The notes beneath the pieces were generated by a model, which was given only the letters and a program-made list of their open reading frames with translations, ran no database searches and had not been told where the DNA came from. From the NCBI GenBank assembly GCA_963662285.2, contig CAXXMV010000002.1, forward strand, positions 800,001 to 864,000: a stretch of 64,000 bases of DNA. Direction: 5' to 3'. Position numbers and translations under genes: made by a program. Positions 10,926 to 23,938 of this stretch are shown piece by piece. This DNA comes from a bacterium. GTDB lineage: Bacteria > Hinthialibacterota > Hinthialibacteria > Hinthialibacterales > Hinthialibacteraceae. How positions within the stretch are numbered: position 1 is the first letter of the stretch; each line of letters opens with the position of its first letter.

Positions 10926-10999
10926 TGGGCCCACCTGGACTCGAACCAGGGACCTACCGGTTATGAGCCGGTGGCTCTAACCAACTGAGCTATAGGCCC
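10926..10999 (-). tRNA. tRNA with CAT anticodon, most likely tRNA-Ile2 (lysidine); CCA not encoded
   Basis: GGGCCTATAGCTCAGTTGGTTAGAGCCACCGGCTCATAACCGGTAGGTCCCTGGTTCGAGTCCAGGTGGGCCCA; G1-C72 pair and no triple G-C anticodon stem argue against fMet. Confidence 0.93.
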
Positions 11000-11245
11000 G
11001 CAAAGAATATCTACTCTAATCTCACTAATTTTTGCGTCAAGAGATATGTGCTATCATAATCCTTATTATCGTAAGGAATGGTGATTTTTAAGCCGGTTAC
11101 TGGTCTGTTACGATATCTAAATCGAATCCAGCGTTATAGAATCCCTTTGCCTAAATAGAACAGGCGTTTATTATGAATCTACTTATAATAATAAGAATAT
11201 AACCAAAATATTTTGGTTTTCAATACTCAAAGACAAGAGGATGCA

Positions 11246-12166
11246 ATGACCACGCCAAATTTGTTAATCGTCGGCTCAATCGGACTCGATACCATTGAAA
11301 CCAGTTCCACCCGCGTTGATCGCGTACTTGGCGGCGCCGCCTGTTACGCCGCATGTTCATCAAGCCATTTTACCCCGTCAGCCATTGTCGGCGTGGTGGG
11401 TGATGATTTTCCTGAAGAACACGAAAAAATGCTTCTTTCCAAGTCAATCGACCTGACCTGCCTGGAAAAGACGCACGGCAAAACCTTCTTCTGGCATGGA
11501 CGCTATGAAGAGGATATGAATAATCGTGAAACGTTGGATACTCAATTGGGCGTTTTCGCTGAATTTTCTCCCAAAATTCCCGAGTCGCACGCCTCGATGC
11601 CATTTCTATTCCTGGCTAATATTCACCCCCAACTGCAATTGGACGTGCTCGACGCCATGAAGGGCGATCCCCTTACCGCAGCCGACACCATGAACCTGTG
11701 GATCGATACCACCCCTGATCTATTAAAGAAAGTAATTGAACGCGTTGACGTCATGTTCATTAATGACGACGAGGCGCGCATGATAACCGGACAGACCACT
11801 ATACCCAAAGCGGCTCAATCAATCATGGACATGGGCCCCAAAACCGCCGTAATCAAACGCGGTGACGCCGGCGCTATGATCTTCTGTCAGGATGAAGTCT
11901 TCTGCGTCCCGGCTATTCCCATAACAGCCAACGATCCAACTGGCGCAGGCGACACTTTCGCAGGCGGAATGATGGGTTATATCGCCAAACAAGGTGAACT
12001 TACCGCTAAAACAGTTCGTCAGGCGGCTGTGCTTGGAACCGTCATGGCCTCTTATACCGTAGAAGATTTCAGCCTGAACCGTTTGGCGACTATCAATGCC
12101 GCTGATATCCAGGATCGTATAGAGCGCATCCGTCAACTTTCAGCTTTTGATCCCATTTCGCTCTAG
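11246..12166 (+). CDS. PfkB-family carbohydrate/nucleoside kinase
   Basis: VGSIGLD, LGGAA, DPTGAGDTFAGG. Confidence 0.92.
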   Translation: MTTPNLLIVGSIGLDTIETSSTRVDRVLGGAACYAACSSSHFTPSAIVGVVGDDFPEEHEKMLLSKSIDLTCLEKTHGKTFFWHGRYEEDMNNRETLDTQLGVFAEFSPKIPESHASMPFLFLANIHPQLQLDVLDAMKGDPLTAADTMNLWIDTTPDLLKKVIERVDVMFINDDEARMITGQTTIPKAAQSIMDMGPKTAVIKRGDAGAMIFCQDEVFCVPAIPITANDPTGAGDTFAGGMMGYIAKQGELTAKTVRQAAVLGTVMASYTVEDFSLNRLATINAADIQDRIERIRQLSAFDPISL

Positions 12167-12244
12167 AATTCGGATTCTGCGAGTAATTGTTTTACCTATC
12201 ATAAAATAGAATGAGCATAATAGCCGTTTCAAATTGAGATCAGT

Positions 12245-12952
12245 ATGAAATATTCAATCATCATTCCCGCATATAACGAGGAAGCCCGTATCAGAGACAC
12301 CGTCCGCGATTATGCGGTTTTTCTTGAAGAAAATTATCCCGGTGATGATGCAGAACTGATAATTGTCGTCAACGGTTCCATCGACAGGACTGGAGAAATA
12401 GCGCGGGAGTTGGAAGCATCATACTCCTGCGTCCGATCCTGGGAAACGCCGGAACGCCAGGGAAAAGGCGGGGCGGTATTGCAAGGATTTGAGATGGCCC
12501 AAGGCGACATTGTTGCTTTCACCGATGCCGACAATGCCACCATCGCTCCTGAGTTGCACAAGTTGCTGGTTGTGGTCGAACAAGGCGCCGATGCGGGGAT
12601 TGGATCGCGTTGGCTGCCCCAAAGCCATCAAACAGTTAAGCAGCCCTTCTCCAGAAGAGTAGCCAGCCGCGTCTTTAACTTGATTGTGCGTATATTATTT
12701 CAACTGCCCTACCATGACACCCAATGCGGCGCCAAAGCCTTCCGCAAAGAAGCTATCCTGAAAGTGCGCGACGAAATTCATACTACCGGCTGGGCGTTCG
12801 ATGTAGCCCTGATCTGGCGTTTGCGATGTCATGGCTGTAATATAGTAGAAACTCCAATCATATGGAGCGATAACTCTAAATCGCGTTTACGCATGCACCG
12901 GGATGCTCCTGCCATGCTTTGGGAAATGATAAAACTACGTTTGGGATTTTAG
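12245..12952 (+). CDS. GT2 glycosyltransferase (dolichyl-phosphate beta-glucosyltransferase-like)
   Basis: SIIIPAYNEE, GKGGAV, FTDAD, DTQCGAK, GWAFDV. Confidence 0.9.
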   Translation: MKYSIIIPAYNEEARIRDTVRDYAVFLEENYPGDDAELIIVVNGSIDRTGEIARELEASYSCVRSWETPERQGKGGAVLQGFEMAQGDIVAFTDADNATIAPELHKLLVVVEQGADAGIGSRWLPQSHQTVKQPFSRRVASRVFNLIVRILFQLPYHDTQCGAKAFRKEAILKVRDEIHTTGWAFDVALIWRLRCHGCNIVETPIIWSDNSKSRLRMHRDAPAMLWEMIKLRLGF

Positions 12953-12964
12953 AGGATTTCTATT

Positions 12965-14089
12965 ATGAACCTTCAACCATACCGCGACCAGTTTAATTCC
13001 AACCAAAACAGCGCCATCTATCTGAATCACGCGGGCGTCTCTCCCCTGCCGCGCCGTTGCGCCGCTGCCATGCAGCAGGCCATTGAGTGGAATTGCGACC
13101 TGACTCCTGAGAATTGGATCAACTTTATCGGGCGCTTGCAATATTGCCGCGAAGCCATTGCCCGCATGTTGAATGTAGCGCCGTGCGACGTCGCTCTTTC
13201 CCGTAATACCACCGAAGGCATCAACTGGGTGGCCAATGGGCTTGATTGGCGCAAAGGCGACCGCGTGGTCACAGTCGAAGGCGAATATCCCGCTAACATC
13301 TACCCCTGGATGCGTCTGGAAGAGCAGGGCGTTGAACTAATCCGCATCCAACCACAGGATGCACGGGTTCCATTAGAGTTTATTGAACAAGAATTGACTC
13401 CCGCAACCCGCTTGCTATCCATCAGTTTTGTAGAATTCTCCACCGGCTTCCGCTTCGATCTGGAAGAGGTTGGCCGTTTATGCAAAGAAAAAGGCATCCT
13501 GTTTCTAGTCGATTTCATCCAGGGCATGGGAGTCTTCCCGCTGGATTTACCGAAATACAACATAGACTTCGCGGCTGGCGGGGCGCAGAAATGGCTGCTG
13601 GGGCCGCAAGGGGCGGGCTTCTTCTATTGCCCCAAATCCAGTCTGGATTTATTAAAAGTCACCACAGTCGGCGCCACCTCTATCGTAAACTGGGAGCCAT
13701 ACGCCCAATACGATTTCACCTTGCGCGACGACGCTTCCCGCTTTGAATACGGCACTCCCCCGACCTTGCCATTGATCGGCCTGGAAGCATCAATCGAAAT
13801 GCTGTTGGAAGCCGGTATGGAAAACGTGCGCGACCAGGTGAAACTGTTAACCGACGTCTTGGTCGATGGCGCAATATCAAAGAATTACCACTGTCATTCT
13901 CCACGCGGCGAGGGCGAATGGTCGGGCATCGTGATCCTGTCGCATTCCCATAGTTCGCCGAAATCCGTTGTCGAAGCGCTGCAATCATCCGGCGTCACCG
14001 CCGCCGAACGCGAAGGCCGCATCCGCCTCACCCCGCACTTCTACCAAACCGAAGCACAAATGCTACGCGTTATTGACGCCCTGCCATAG
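12965..14089 (+). CDS. Class V PLP-dependent aminotransferase-fold enzyme
   Basis: YLNHAGVSP, NTTEG, DFIQG, QKWLLGPQG; no C-terminal catalytic Cys motif, so probably not a true cysteine desulfurase. Confidence 0.85.
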   Translation: MNLQPYRDQFNSNQNSAIYLNHAGVSPLPRRCAAAMQQAIEWNCDLTPENWINFIGRLQYCREAIARMLNVAPCDVALSRNTTEGINWVANGLDWRKGDRVVTVEGEYPANIYPWMRLEEQGVELIRIQPQDARVPLEFIEQELTPATRLLSISFVEFSTGFRFDLEEVGRLCKEKGILFLVDFIQGMGVFPLDLPKYNIDFAAGGAQKWLLGPQGAGFFYCPKSSLDLLKVTTVGATSIVNWEPYAQYDFTLRDDASRFEYGTPPTLPLIGLEASIEMLLEAGMENVRDQVKLLTDVLVDGAISKNYHCHSPRGEGEWSGIVILSHSHSSPKSVVEALQSSGVTAAEREGRIRLTPHFYQTEAQMLRVIDALP

Positions 14090-14091
14090 TA

Positions 14092-15054
14092 TCAATTATC
14101 AAAAGTCCAATGCGTAGGGGCGGCGCCGCTGACCGGCGCTTTGAAGGTTGCAATGCTGTTTCCTGATAGGCAGCCCAGGTATATGGTTCCTAAATCATCC
14201 CCGCCAAAGGCCAAACTTGATATATTGCGTAGAACCTTGCTTTTTCCATTATCAAAATGCGTTTTGTTCAATCGCCCTGCCAGGAAGGCTCTTTCAACCC
14301 GCTCCACATAATCCATATCGCAATCTTCCATAATGATCTCTTGACCACCATACGCATTAATGCGAATTACCCGGTTGCTGATAATGCTTGTAACCCAAAC
14401 GCCGTCAGCGCTGTCGAAAGCCAGACCATCAGGGTAAACGCCTGCGCCAAATTCCGCAACGGTCTGTTTGCCGCTCAGGTCGCCGTTATCTTCAATTATA
14501 AATCGTGATAGTTTGCGGCTGAATGTCTCGTTGACATAAAGCCATTGCCCGGTGGGATGCACCTGGCACTCATTGGTAAAACCCAGGTTATCAGCAACAA
14601 TGCGCGCCTTGTTATTTTCGACAAGAATAATGAATCCATCGCATGCATCGGGGCGGAAACTGAGGCTTCTGGGTTGCAGGCGGGTGCTTATGGTTATCCA
14701 TACCCTGCCCTGAATATCGAGATGGACGTAATTGGTTGGTGGAAGCGGCTGTCCGTCAATTTCAAGCAGAAATGGAGACAATATCCCATCTCGAGTCAGG
14801 CGGTATACCCCGCCGCTTTCATTCCCCAAATGAGCAATTAAAAAAGAACCATCTTTCAACAGGGCAAGACCGTTTGGTTGTAAGTTAAAACTGCTATCTC
14901 GAGCGATGAAGAGAGATTGACAGCCATGACGGTCAATCATGCTGATCCCGCCGCGCTGATCAGCTGCATATATATTTCCGGCCTCAGTGCACAAAACGCA
15001 TTCAGGACGTTGCAACCCGGAACCGATAAATTTAGCGGTGGTTGGTTCAATCAT
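14092..15054 (-). CDS. SMP-30/gluconolactonase/LRE family protein
   Basis: RPECV, QPNG, FTNE, YVNET, YPDGLAFD, SSLAFGG. Confidence 0.88.
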   Translation of the reverse strand: MIEPTTAKFIGSGLQRPECVLCTEAGNIYAADQRGGISMIDRHGCQSLFIARDSSFNLQPNGLALLKDGSFLIAHLGNESGGVYRLTRDGILSPFLLEIDGQPLPPTNYVHLDIQGRVWITISTRLQPRSLSFRPDACDGFIILVENNKARIVADNLGFTNECQVHPTGQWLYVNETFSRKLSRFIIEDNGDLSGKQTVAEFGAGVYPDGLAFDSADGVWVTSIISNRVIRINAYGGQEIIMEDCDMDYVERVERAFLAGRLNKTHFDNGKSKVLRNISSLAFGGDDLGTIYLGCLSGNSIATFKAPVSGAAPTHWTFDN

Positions 15055-15223
15055 GCTGATTGTTCCTATTAAAAGACTGAAAAAAATAATTCAATTAAGG
15101 TCTTAAAGAATACGAATCACAGGTTGAATGTCAATTGATGTATTTCGATTTCTTCTGTAATATCTATGAGTATAAAAAGTATATCATAGATTTTTTTGCG
15201 TCTTTAACCGGAAGGATTGCGAA

Positions 15224-16258
15224 ATGAATAAAAACTCAAAAGAATCACGCAGGACTTTTCTAAAAACCACCTCAGCGGGTTTTGGCGCTGGTTTAATCGC
15301 CCAAACTGGATCGGCTTCTGAACCGGGACCGGGATCAACCAAATCCCGCAGAGAGATATGGATCGCCAGCATAACCCAGGAACGTCTCGAAGCGAAAACC
15401 GGCGCGCAAATGGTAGATAAAGTTCTTGACCGGATGCGCGAGACGCTGGTCAATCAACCGGATATCATCTGCATCCCGGAAACCTTCCCCTATAACCGAG
15501 TCGATGAAAAACGCACCGCCGCTCAAATCGCGCAGGAAGCCTCAGAGTGGATCATCCCGAAATTCGCTGATTTCGCCCGGCAAAACCATTGTTACGTCAT
15601 CTGCCCGCTGCACACCAAAGAAAACGGCGTTGTCTATAATTCAGCGGTATTGATCGACCGGCAAGGCAAGACAGTCGGCGCCTATCATAAGATTCACCCG
15701 ACCGTAGATGAAATAGAGGGCGGCGCAATGCTCGGACCGCTTGATCCCCCGGTTTTCAAAACTGACTTCGGAACCATTGGCATGCAGATTTGCTTTGACG
15801 CCAACTGGCCCGAAGGTTGGCGGGAGTTGCGTAAGAAAGGCGCCGAAATAATCTTCTGGTCCAGCGCCTTCCCCGGCGGAAGAATGCTCAATGCCCACGC
15901 ATGGTCGAATAAAACGCCTATCGTAACCAGCACATGGGGCGACCCAACCCGCATCATCGATATCACTGGAGAAGAGATCGCCGTCAGCGGACGCTACCAG
16001 CATTGGATATGCGCTCCGGTTAATCTGGAAAAAGCAATGATTCATACCTGGCCTTATACCCAACATATCGAAAAACTTCGCGCCAAATATGGGCGCAGTT
16101 TGAGGGTGACCCGATTGCACAATGAAGGCTGGACCATCATTGAAAGCGTATCTGATGATGTTGATCTGCATTCAGCGCTTAAGGAGTTCGGCATCCCGAC
16201 CCATGAAGAGCACATAAAAACAGCTGACCAATTTCAAAAACAAAAACGCCCTGCATAA
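15224..16258 (+). CDS. Tat-exported carbon-nitrogen hydrolase (nitrilase family)
   Basis: SRRTFLK signal; catalytic triad E (IPE), K (YHKIH), C (ICFD). Confidence 0.88.
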   Translation: MNKNSKESRRTFLKTTSAGFGAGLIAQTGSASEPGPGSTKSRREIWIASITQERLEAKTGAQMVDKVLDRMRETLVNQPDIICIPETFPYNRVDEKRTAAQIAQEASEWIIPKFADFARQNHCYVICPLHTKENGVVYNSAVLIDRQGKTVGAYHKIHPTVDEIEGGAMLGPLDPPVFKTDFGTIGMQICFDANWPEGWRELRKKGAEIIFWSSAFPGGRMLNAHAWSNKTPIVTSTWGDPTRIIDITGEEIAVSGRYQHWICAPVNLEKAMIHTWPYTQHIEKLRAKYGRSLRVTRLHNEGWTIIESVSDDVDLHSALKEFGIPTHEEHIKTADQFQKQKRPA

Positions 16259-16267
16259 AAGTAACAT

Positions 16268-16308
16268 TGTAGGGTGGGCTAAAAGCCGCGAAGCGGCGTA
16301 GCCCACCG
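16268..16308 (+). repeat. GTAG-headed REP-like palindrome, family C
   Basis: GTAGGGTGGGCTA-AAAGCCGCGAAGCGGCG-TAGCCCACC; similar copy at 22755-22788. Confidence 0.8.
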
Positions 16309-16328
16309 GATAACTCGTTAAAACATAA

Positions 16329-19517
<3,189 letters not shown>

Positions 19518-19527
19518 ATCACCTCAT

Positions 19528-20013
19528 GTAGGGGCGTCCCTCGTGGGCGCCTGGTCAGACGTAGTAATCATAGATAAAAAGTTCCCTCTCCCCCCGGGAG
19601 AGGGCCAGGGTGAGGGGTAAATAAGGATCACTTAAGTTATTGATATCGCTGGGTGCCAAGGGCAAGAGCGCATTGCGCTCAGCCCTTGATCAAGCCACCA
19701 CTGATAGGATGAAATTCCTTAACTTAATGACATTGCCCTCGTGGGCGCCCGGGAAGACGTAATAATCATAGATAAAAAGTTCCCTCTCCCCCCGGGAGAG
19801 GGCCAGGGTGAGGGGTAAATAAGGATCACTTAAGTTATTGATATCGCTGGGTGCCAAGGGCAAGAGCGCATTGCGCTCAGCCCTTGATCAAGCCACCACT
19901 GATAGGATGAAATTCCTTAACTTAATGACATTGCCCTCGTGGGCGCCCGGTAAGGCGTAATAATCATAGATAAAAAGTCCCCTCTTCCCGTGGGAGAGGG
20001 CCAGGGTGAGGGG
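19528..20013 (+). repeat. Tandem array of a 198-bp composite REP/MITE unit (~2.4 copies)
   Basis: CCCTCGTGGGCGCC recurs at 19538, 19736 and 19934; units near-identical; each contains family A and D hairpins and CCTTAACTTAATGACATTG. Confidence 0.92.
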
Positions 20014-20051
20014 AATAATTCAATAACCCAAAACCAAAAAGGTGAACCATA

Positions 20052-21431
20052 ATGAATACTTTCAAACGTCGTTCATTCTTAAAAACATCAGCCATAGGCG
20101 CCGCTGGCGTTAGTTTGGGGCTTAACGCCTCACAAGCAATCGCACAGGTTCCAGGCGAACGGCCCGCAGCCAACGATAAAGTTAGCGTATTGAATCCACG
20201 CAACCTTACTCCGCTCAGCTTCATCATCGACGATTCAACTTGTCTGGTGAATCTGGCTTACTATGGGATCCCCCAATTTGCAGAAGTGTTCCCGGATAAT
20301 TACCGGCAGCCCTGGCAATCGCTGCCCCGTGAGATTCCCGATTCCTTCGTGAGGAAGTTCGGTGAATGGTGTCATGAAAACGGCGTCAAAGGCAAGTACA
20401 GCATCGTCCCCTATCCGGCTTGCACCGGATGGGTGGATCGTTTCATCCCCGGATGGACCGAGAAGCAACTAAAAGAAAGCCTCGACCTGGTGCGCACCCT
20501 GATGCAACCCGATTGGGATATCCATCCCGAAATGATTTCTCATACCAGAGTGATCGATACCAAGACAGGTCGTCCATTTCCTGAAGCAACCGAATATTTC
20601 ATGGAAAACTGGCGCTGGACCGATGACAAATCGGCTGATCAACTGGCCGACTACCTCGCGTATGCTCTACGCATCCTGAAGAATGCCGGGCTATACTGCG
20701 AAGGCATCACCACTCCCGGTGGTTTCGCTTCCCGCGTATTGCCAGAGTTATCCCTCGCTACCCTGCAAGCCTGCAAAGACGTCTACCAAACCGAAATCCC
20801 CCATTATTTCCGTCATCTCTTCACCGATGATACCAGCGTTGCGCCGCGCGTTGAGAATGTTTCTGGACTCGATAGCGATGATCCGCAATGCGTCGTCTCC
20901 ATCGTCGGTTGCACTGGCGATTGGTTCGGCGGCTGGGATGGCTTAAACCTCGGCTCTGCTGACCGTTGTATCACCGAAGACCTGAAAGGCGGACGTTTGC
21001 CTGAAGTTATCCAACGCGGAGAACCGGCTATCATAGTCTGCCACTGGCCGGGCATCTATTACAACGGCAAAGAATTCGGCTTCAAAATTTTCCAGGAAGT
21101 CGTCAAGCGTCTTAACGCCGCCTATGATAATCTGATCTGGATGAAAAATTGCGAAATCGCCCGTTACTGGGCGGCTAAGGAATTAACCGCAATACAAAAT
21201 TCAGCGGACGGCATCGACCTCAAAGCGCCTTACGCCTGTCCAGATTTCACCATTCAATTAGAAGCAACCGAAGGTGAACCAATATTCAAAGTCAAAGGCG
21301 AGAACACCCCTCTCCAAAGGGTAGACTCAATGCTCAAACTAAAAAGCGGCGCCTATACGCGCGACGCGAACAAAACCATAGCCTGTTTCGATCTTCCCAA
21401 AGGAAAATCATCACTTGTGTTCGCCTCATAA
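20052..21431 (+). CDS. Tat-exported hypothetical protein (possible deacetylase-like barrel)
   Basis: KRRSFLK signal; IIDDS, HPEMISHT, CHWPG motifs. Confidence 0.65.
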   Translation: MNTFKRRSFLKTSAIGAAGVSLGLNASQAIAQVPGERPAANDKVSVLNPRNLTPLSFIIDDSTCLVNLAYYGIPQFAEVFPDNYRQPWQSLPREIPDSFVRKFGEWCHENGVKGKYSIVPYPACTGWVDRFIPGWTEKQLKESLDLVRTLMQPDWDIHPEMISHTRVIDTKTGRPFPEATEYFMENWRWTDDKSADQLADYLAYALRILKNAGLYCEGITTPGGFASRVLPELSLATLQACKDVYQTEIPHYFRHLFTDDTSVAPRVENVSGLDSDDPQCVVSIVGCTGDWFGGWDGLNLGSADRCITEDLKGGRLPEVIQRGEPAIIVCHWPGIYYNGKEFGFKIFQEVVKRLNAAYDNLIWMKNCEIARYWAAKELTAIQNSADGIDLKAPYACPDFTIQLEATEGEPIFKVKGENTPLQRVDSMLKLKSGAYTRDANKTIACFDLPKGKSSLVFAS

Positions 21432-21447
21432 TACCGGGTAACCAAGT

Positions 21448-21596
21448 TCCCTCATGGGAGAGGGCAAGGGTGAGGGGGAATTTTAAACACCTTAAGATGG
21501 GTGCCAAGGCAAGAGCGCATTGCGCTCAGCCCTTGATCAAGCCACCAAAGATGGGGCGAAATTCCTTAACTTAATGACATTGCCCTCGTGGGCGCC
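21448..21596 (+). repeat. Composite REP/MITE unit (A + D + IS4-like end + half B)
   Basis: Same module order as the 198-bp unit; ends CCTTAACTTAATGACATTGCCCTCGTGGGCGCC. Confidence 0.88.
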
Positions 21597-21652
21597 AGGT
21601 AAAACTCAATAACCATAGATATATTAATCTGACCGGAAACGAGACAACAATC

Positions 21653-22648
21653 ATGATAAAACAAAAATGGATCAAATCACTATTCTCAGCAGCAATCCTT
21701 TCGGTTCTACTAATAGCGCCCAACTCATTCAGCGCAGACCAACAATCTGACAGTTCACCTATGGAAGTGATCGTCTGTAATCCATTGCTTCAGCAACTTG
21801 GCATGAACAGCACTTGGGAAGCCGCCAAGGCGGTTGGCGTCAAGGCTATGGAAATTTCTGTCAAATCTGAGGATCTAAGCTGCGCCTCTTTTTTTGTCGG
21901 ACAAGAAAAGCCTTACCGCCTGGATACTATTGAAAACGCTAAGAAACTCAGAAAAGACGCCCAAGCCAACGGTATCAGAATTCCCGTTCTTTGCTCGCGA
22001 ATTCAGTTAGACGCCCAAACAACAACTGCGCCGGAACTATCCAAAAAGTTAATCGAAATAGCGCCGCATGTAGGCGCTGGTTTAATCTATTTCCCCATCG
22101 TTACTGACAGCTACACCAAGACCACTATCAATGATGATCTATTCGTAAAAAACTCAATTGCAATCCTCAAAGATTTGGTGAAACACGGTGAGAAATACAA
22201 TGTCGACATCACCATAGAAAATCTAAGCGTCTATTGGAACCGCCCCGAAGTGACCCGCCGCGTCCTCAAAGCATTCACTCCTGAGCAGTTCAATCTATGT
22301 CTCGACCCGACAAACATGTATTGGTACGGTCACCCTCGCTCTAAGATATACGATATCGTAAATGAATTCATACCGCGCACCAAACACTTCCACGCCAAAA
22401 ACGTGGCTCATCCATCAGACAAAATAGATGCGGTTCGCCCGGTTGGTTGGGAATACGGTAAAAACTCCGTGCCAGTCGCTGATGGAGATATCGATTTCAA
22501 AACAATCATCCACCAACTGCATAAATCAGGTTATCGCGGCTTTATCAGCATCGAAGACGATTCACTAGGTCATTACCCCAAAGCTAAAAAAGTTGATATC
22601 CTCCGCCAGGATGTCAAATACCTAAACGGAATTATCAATCAGTTATAA
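21653..22648 (+). CDS. Secreted sugar-phosphate isomerase/epimerase (xylose-isomerase-like TIM barrel)
   Basis: Signal peptide; IEN, LCLDPTN, HFHAKN, GDIDF, ISIED. Confidence 0.85.
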   Translation: MIKQKWIKSLFSAAILSVLLIAPNSFSADQQSDSSPMEVIVCNPLLQQLGMNSTWEAAKAVGVKAMEISVKSEDLSCASFFVGQEKPYRLDTIENAKKLRKDAQANGIRIPVLCSRIQLDAQTTTAPELSKKLIEIAPHVGAGLIYFPIVTDSYTKTTINDDLFVKNSIAILKDLVKHGEKYNVDITIENLSVYWNRPEVTRRVLKAFTPEQFNLCLDPTNMYWYGHPRSKIYDIVNEFIPRTKHFHAKNVAHPSDKIDAVRPVGWEYGKNSVPVADGDIDFKTIIHQLHKSGYRGFISIEDDSLGHYPKAKKVDILRQDVKYLNGIINQL

Positions 22649-22704
22649 TGTCGTATAACCAATGTAATTGTGAATAAATAATGAAATCATGAATCACCAA
22701 GTCT

Positions 22705-22844
22705 CCTCTCCCTCCGGGAGAGGGCAGGATGAGGGGGAAAAGAAATCACCAAATGTAGGGTGGGCTAAAAGCGCCAGCGTAGCCCACCAAAATTCCCAAA
22801 GCGCCTTGGCGCCAAGGGCAAGACCGCATTGCGGTCAGCCCTTG
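22705..22844 (+). repeat. Cluster of REP-like palindromes (A + C + D)
   Basis: CCTCTCCC..GGGAGAGGG; GTAGGGTGGGCT..AGCCCACC; CAAGGGCAAGACCGCATTGCGGTCAGCCCTTG. Confidence 0.85.
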
Positions 22845-22992
22845 ATGCGATCACCTACGTATTGCAAAATCACTCCCGGAATATCAGCCCGCTGGATTGA
22901 ATCACCAACCACAAAAATTCCACAGTAACCAAACCCACTTCCTATCCGTTACAAGAACAATAAATCTCAATCCCGTAACCGGAGGAATTAAT

Positions 22993-23694
22993 ATGAATCC
23001 AAAGTGGAAAAAACGCGCCTATGATTTTTGGACGGAATGGGCCAAGCCGGTTTTGATAGTGCTGATAGTGGTTGTTTCTTTCCGTTCCGCTCTGGCCGAT
23101 TGGAACGACGTTCCCACTGGTTCGATGCTTCCCACCATCCTGGAAGGCGACCGGATTTTCGTCAATAAAATGGCCTATGGGTTGCGGATTCCCTTAACCT
23201 CAATGCGCGTATGGCAATGGGATGGTCCACAGCGTGGAGATATCGTGGTCTGCTTTTCTCCCCATGACGGGACGCGGCTGGTCAAGCGGGTGGTCGGCAT
23301 CCCTGGAGATACAATCGAATACCGCAATCAGCATCTCTTCATAAATGGCGAATCAATGAATTATGCAGAGCCTGAACCTGACGCAGTTCCCAAGCATCAT
23401 CTAGGACAGCGCGCCCAAAATAATTTCTCTTCAGAAGAATTAGGCCAACACAATCACCTGATCATGACTTACCCCGAGCCGCGATCAGGCAGGTCATTTG
23501 GTCCGACCTCAATATTAAAAAAGGATCAATATTTCATGATGGGCGACAACCGCGATAACAGTTTTGATTCGCGCTATTTCGGATATGTCGAACGCAGCCG
23601 CATTATCGGCAAAGCAACCGGAATTGTTATGTCGCTTGATCCCGAAATATATTATGCACCCCGCTGGGATCGTTTCTTCAATAAACTGAATTAA
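22993..23694 (+). CDS. lepB: Signal peptidase I
   Basis: GGAGG RBS; VPTGSMLPT, GDRIFVNK, LVKRVVG, MGDNRDNSFDSRYFG. Confidence 0.95.
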   Translation: MNPKWKKRAYDFWTEWAKPVLIVLIVVVSFRSALADWNDVPTGSMLPTILEGDRIFVNKMAYGLRIPLTSMRVWQWDGPQRGDIVVCFSPHDGTRLVKRVVGIPGDTIEYRNQHLFINGESMNYAEPEPDAVPKHHLGQRAQNNFSSEELGQHNHLIMTYPEPRSGRSFGPTSILKKDQYFMMGDNRDNSFDSRYFGYVERSRIIGKATGIVMSLDPEIYYAPRWDRFFNKLN

Positions 23695-23718
23695 TATTTT
23701 ACAAAGGTTTTTGCAACG

Positions 23719-23926
23719 GTAGGGGCGTCTTTCATGGGCGCCCGGTTCTCCCGTCGGCCCGGTCGGGCGCGGGTGCCAAGGGCAAGAGCGCATTGCGCTC
23801 AGCCCTTGATCGAACCACCAACGATAGGGTGAAGTTCCTTTACTTAATGTCATCGCCTTTTATGGGGGCGCCCGGTTCTCCCGTCGGCCCGGTCGGATGG
23901 CAAGGGCAGTGTATTTTCTGCCCTTG
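23719..23926 (+). repeat. Composite REP cluster (B + D + degenerate IS4-like end + half B + D')
   Basis: GGGCGCCCGGTTCTCCCGTCGGCCCGGTCGG duplicated; two CAAGGGC..GCCCTTG hairpins. Confidence 0.85.
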
Positions 23927-23938
23927 TTTGAATCACTT

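Noticed and set aside
10926-10999. Initiator or elongator tRNA-Met
   Set aside because: A paired 1-72 position and no GGG/CCC anticodon stem exclude fMet; the sequence resembles Ile2, though elongator Met is not strictly excluded without tRNAscan-SE
19528-20013. Possible CRISPR array
   Set aside because: Units are 198 bp and near-identical throughout, with no unique spacers and no cas genes
22689-22992. ORF 22689-22928 and the N-terminal extension of lepB
   Set aside because: Read-through of repeats; a strong GGAGG RBS supports ATG 22993
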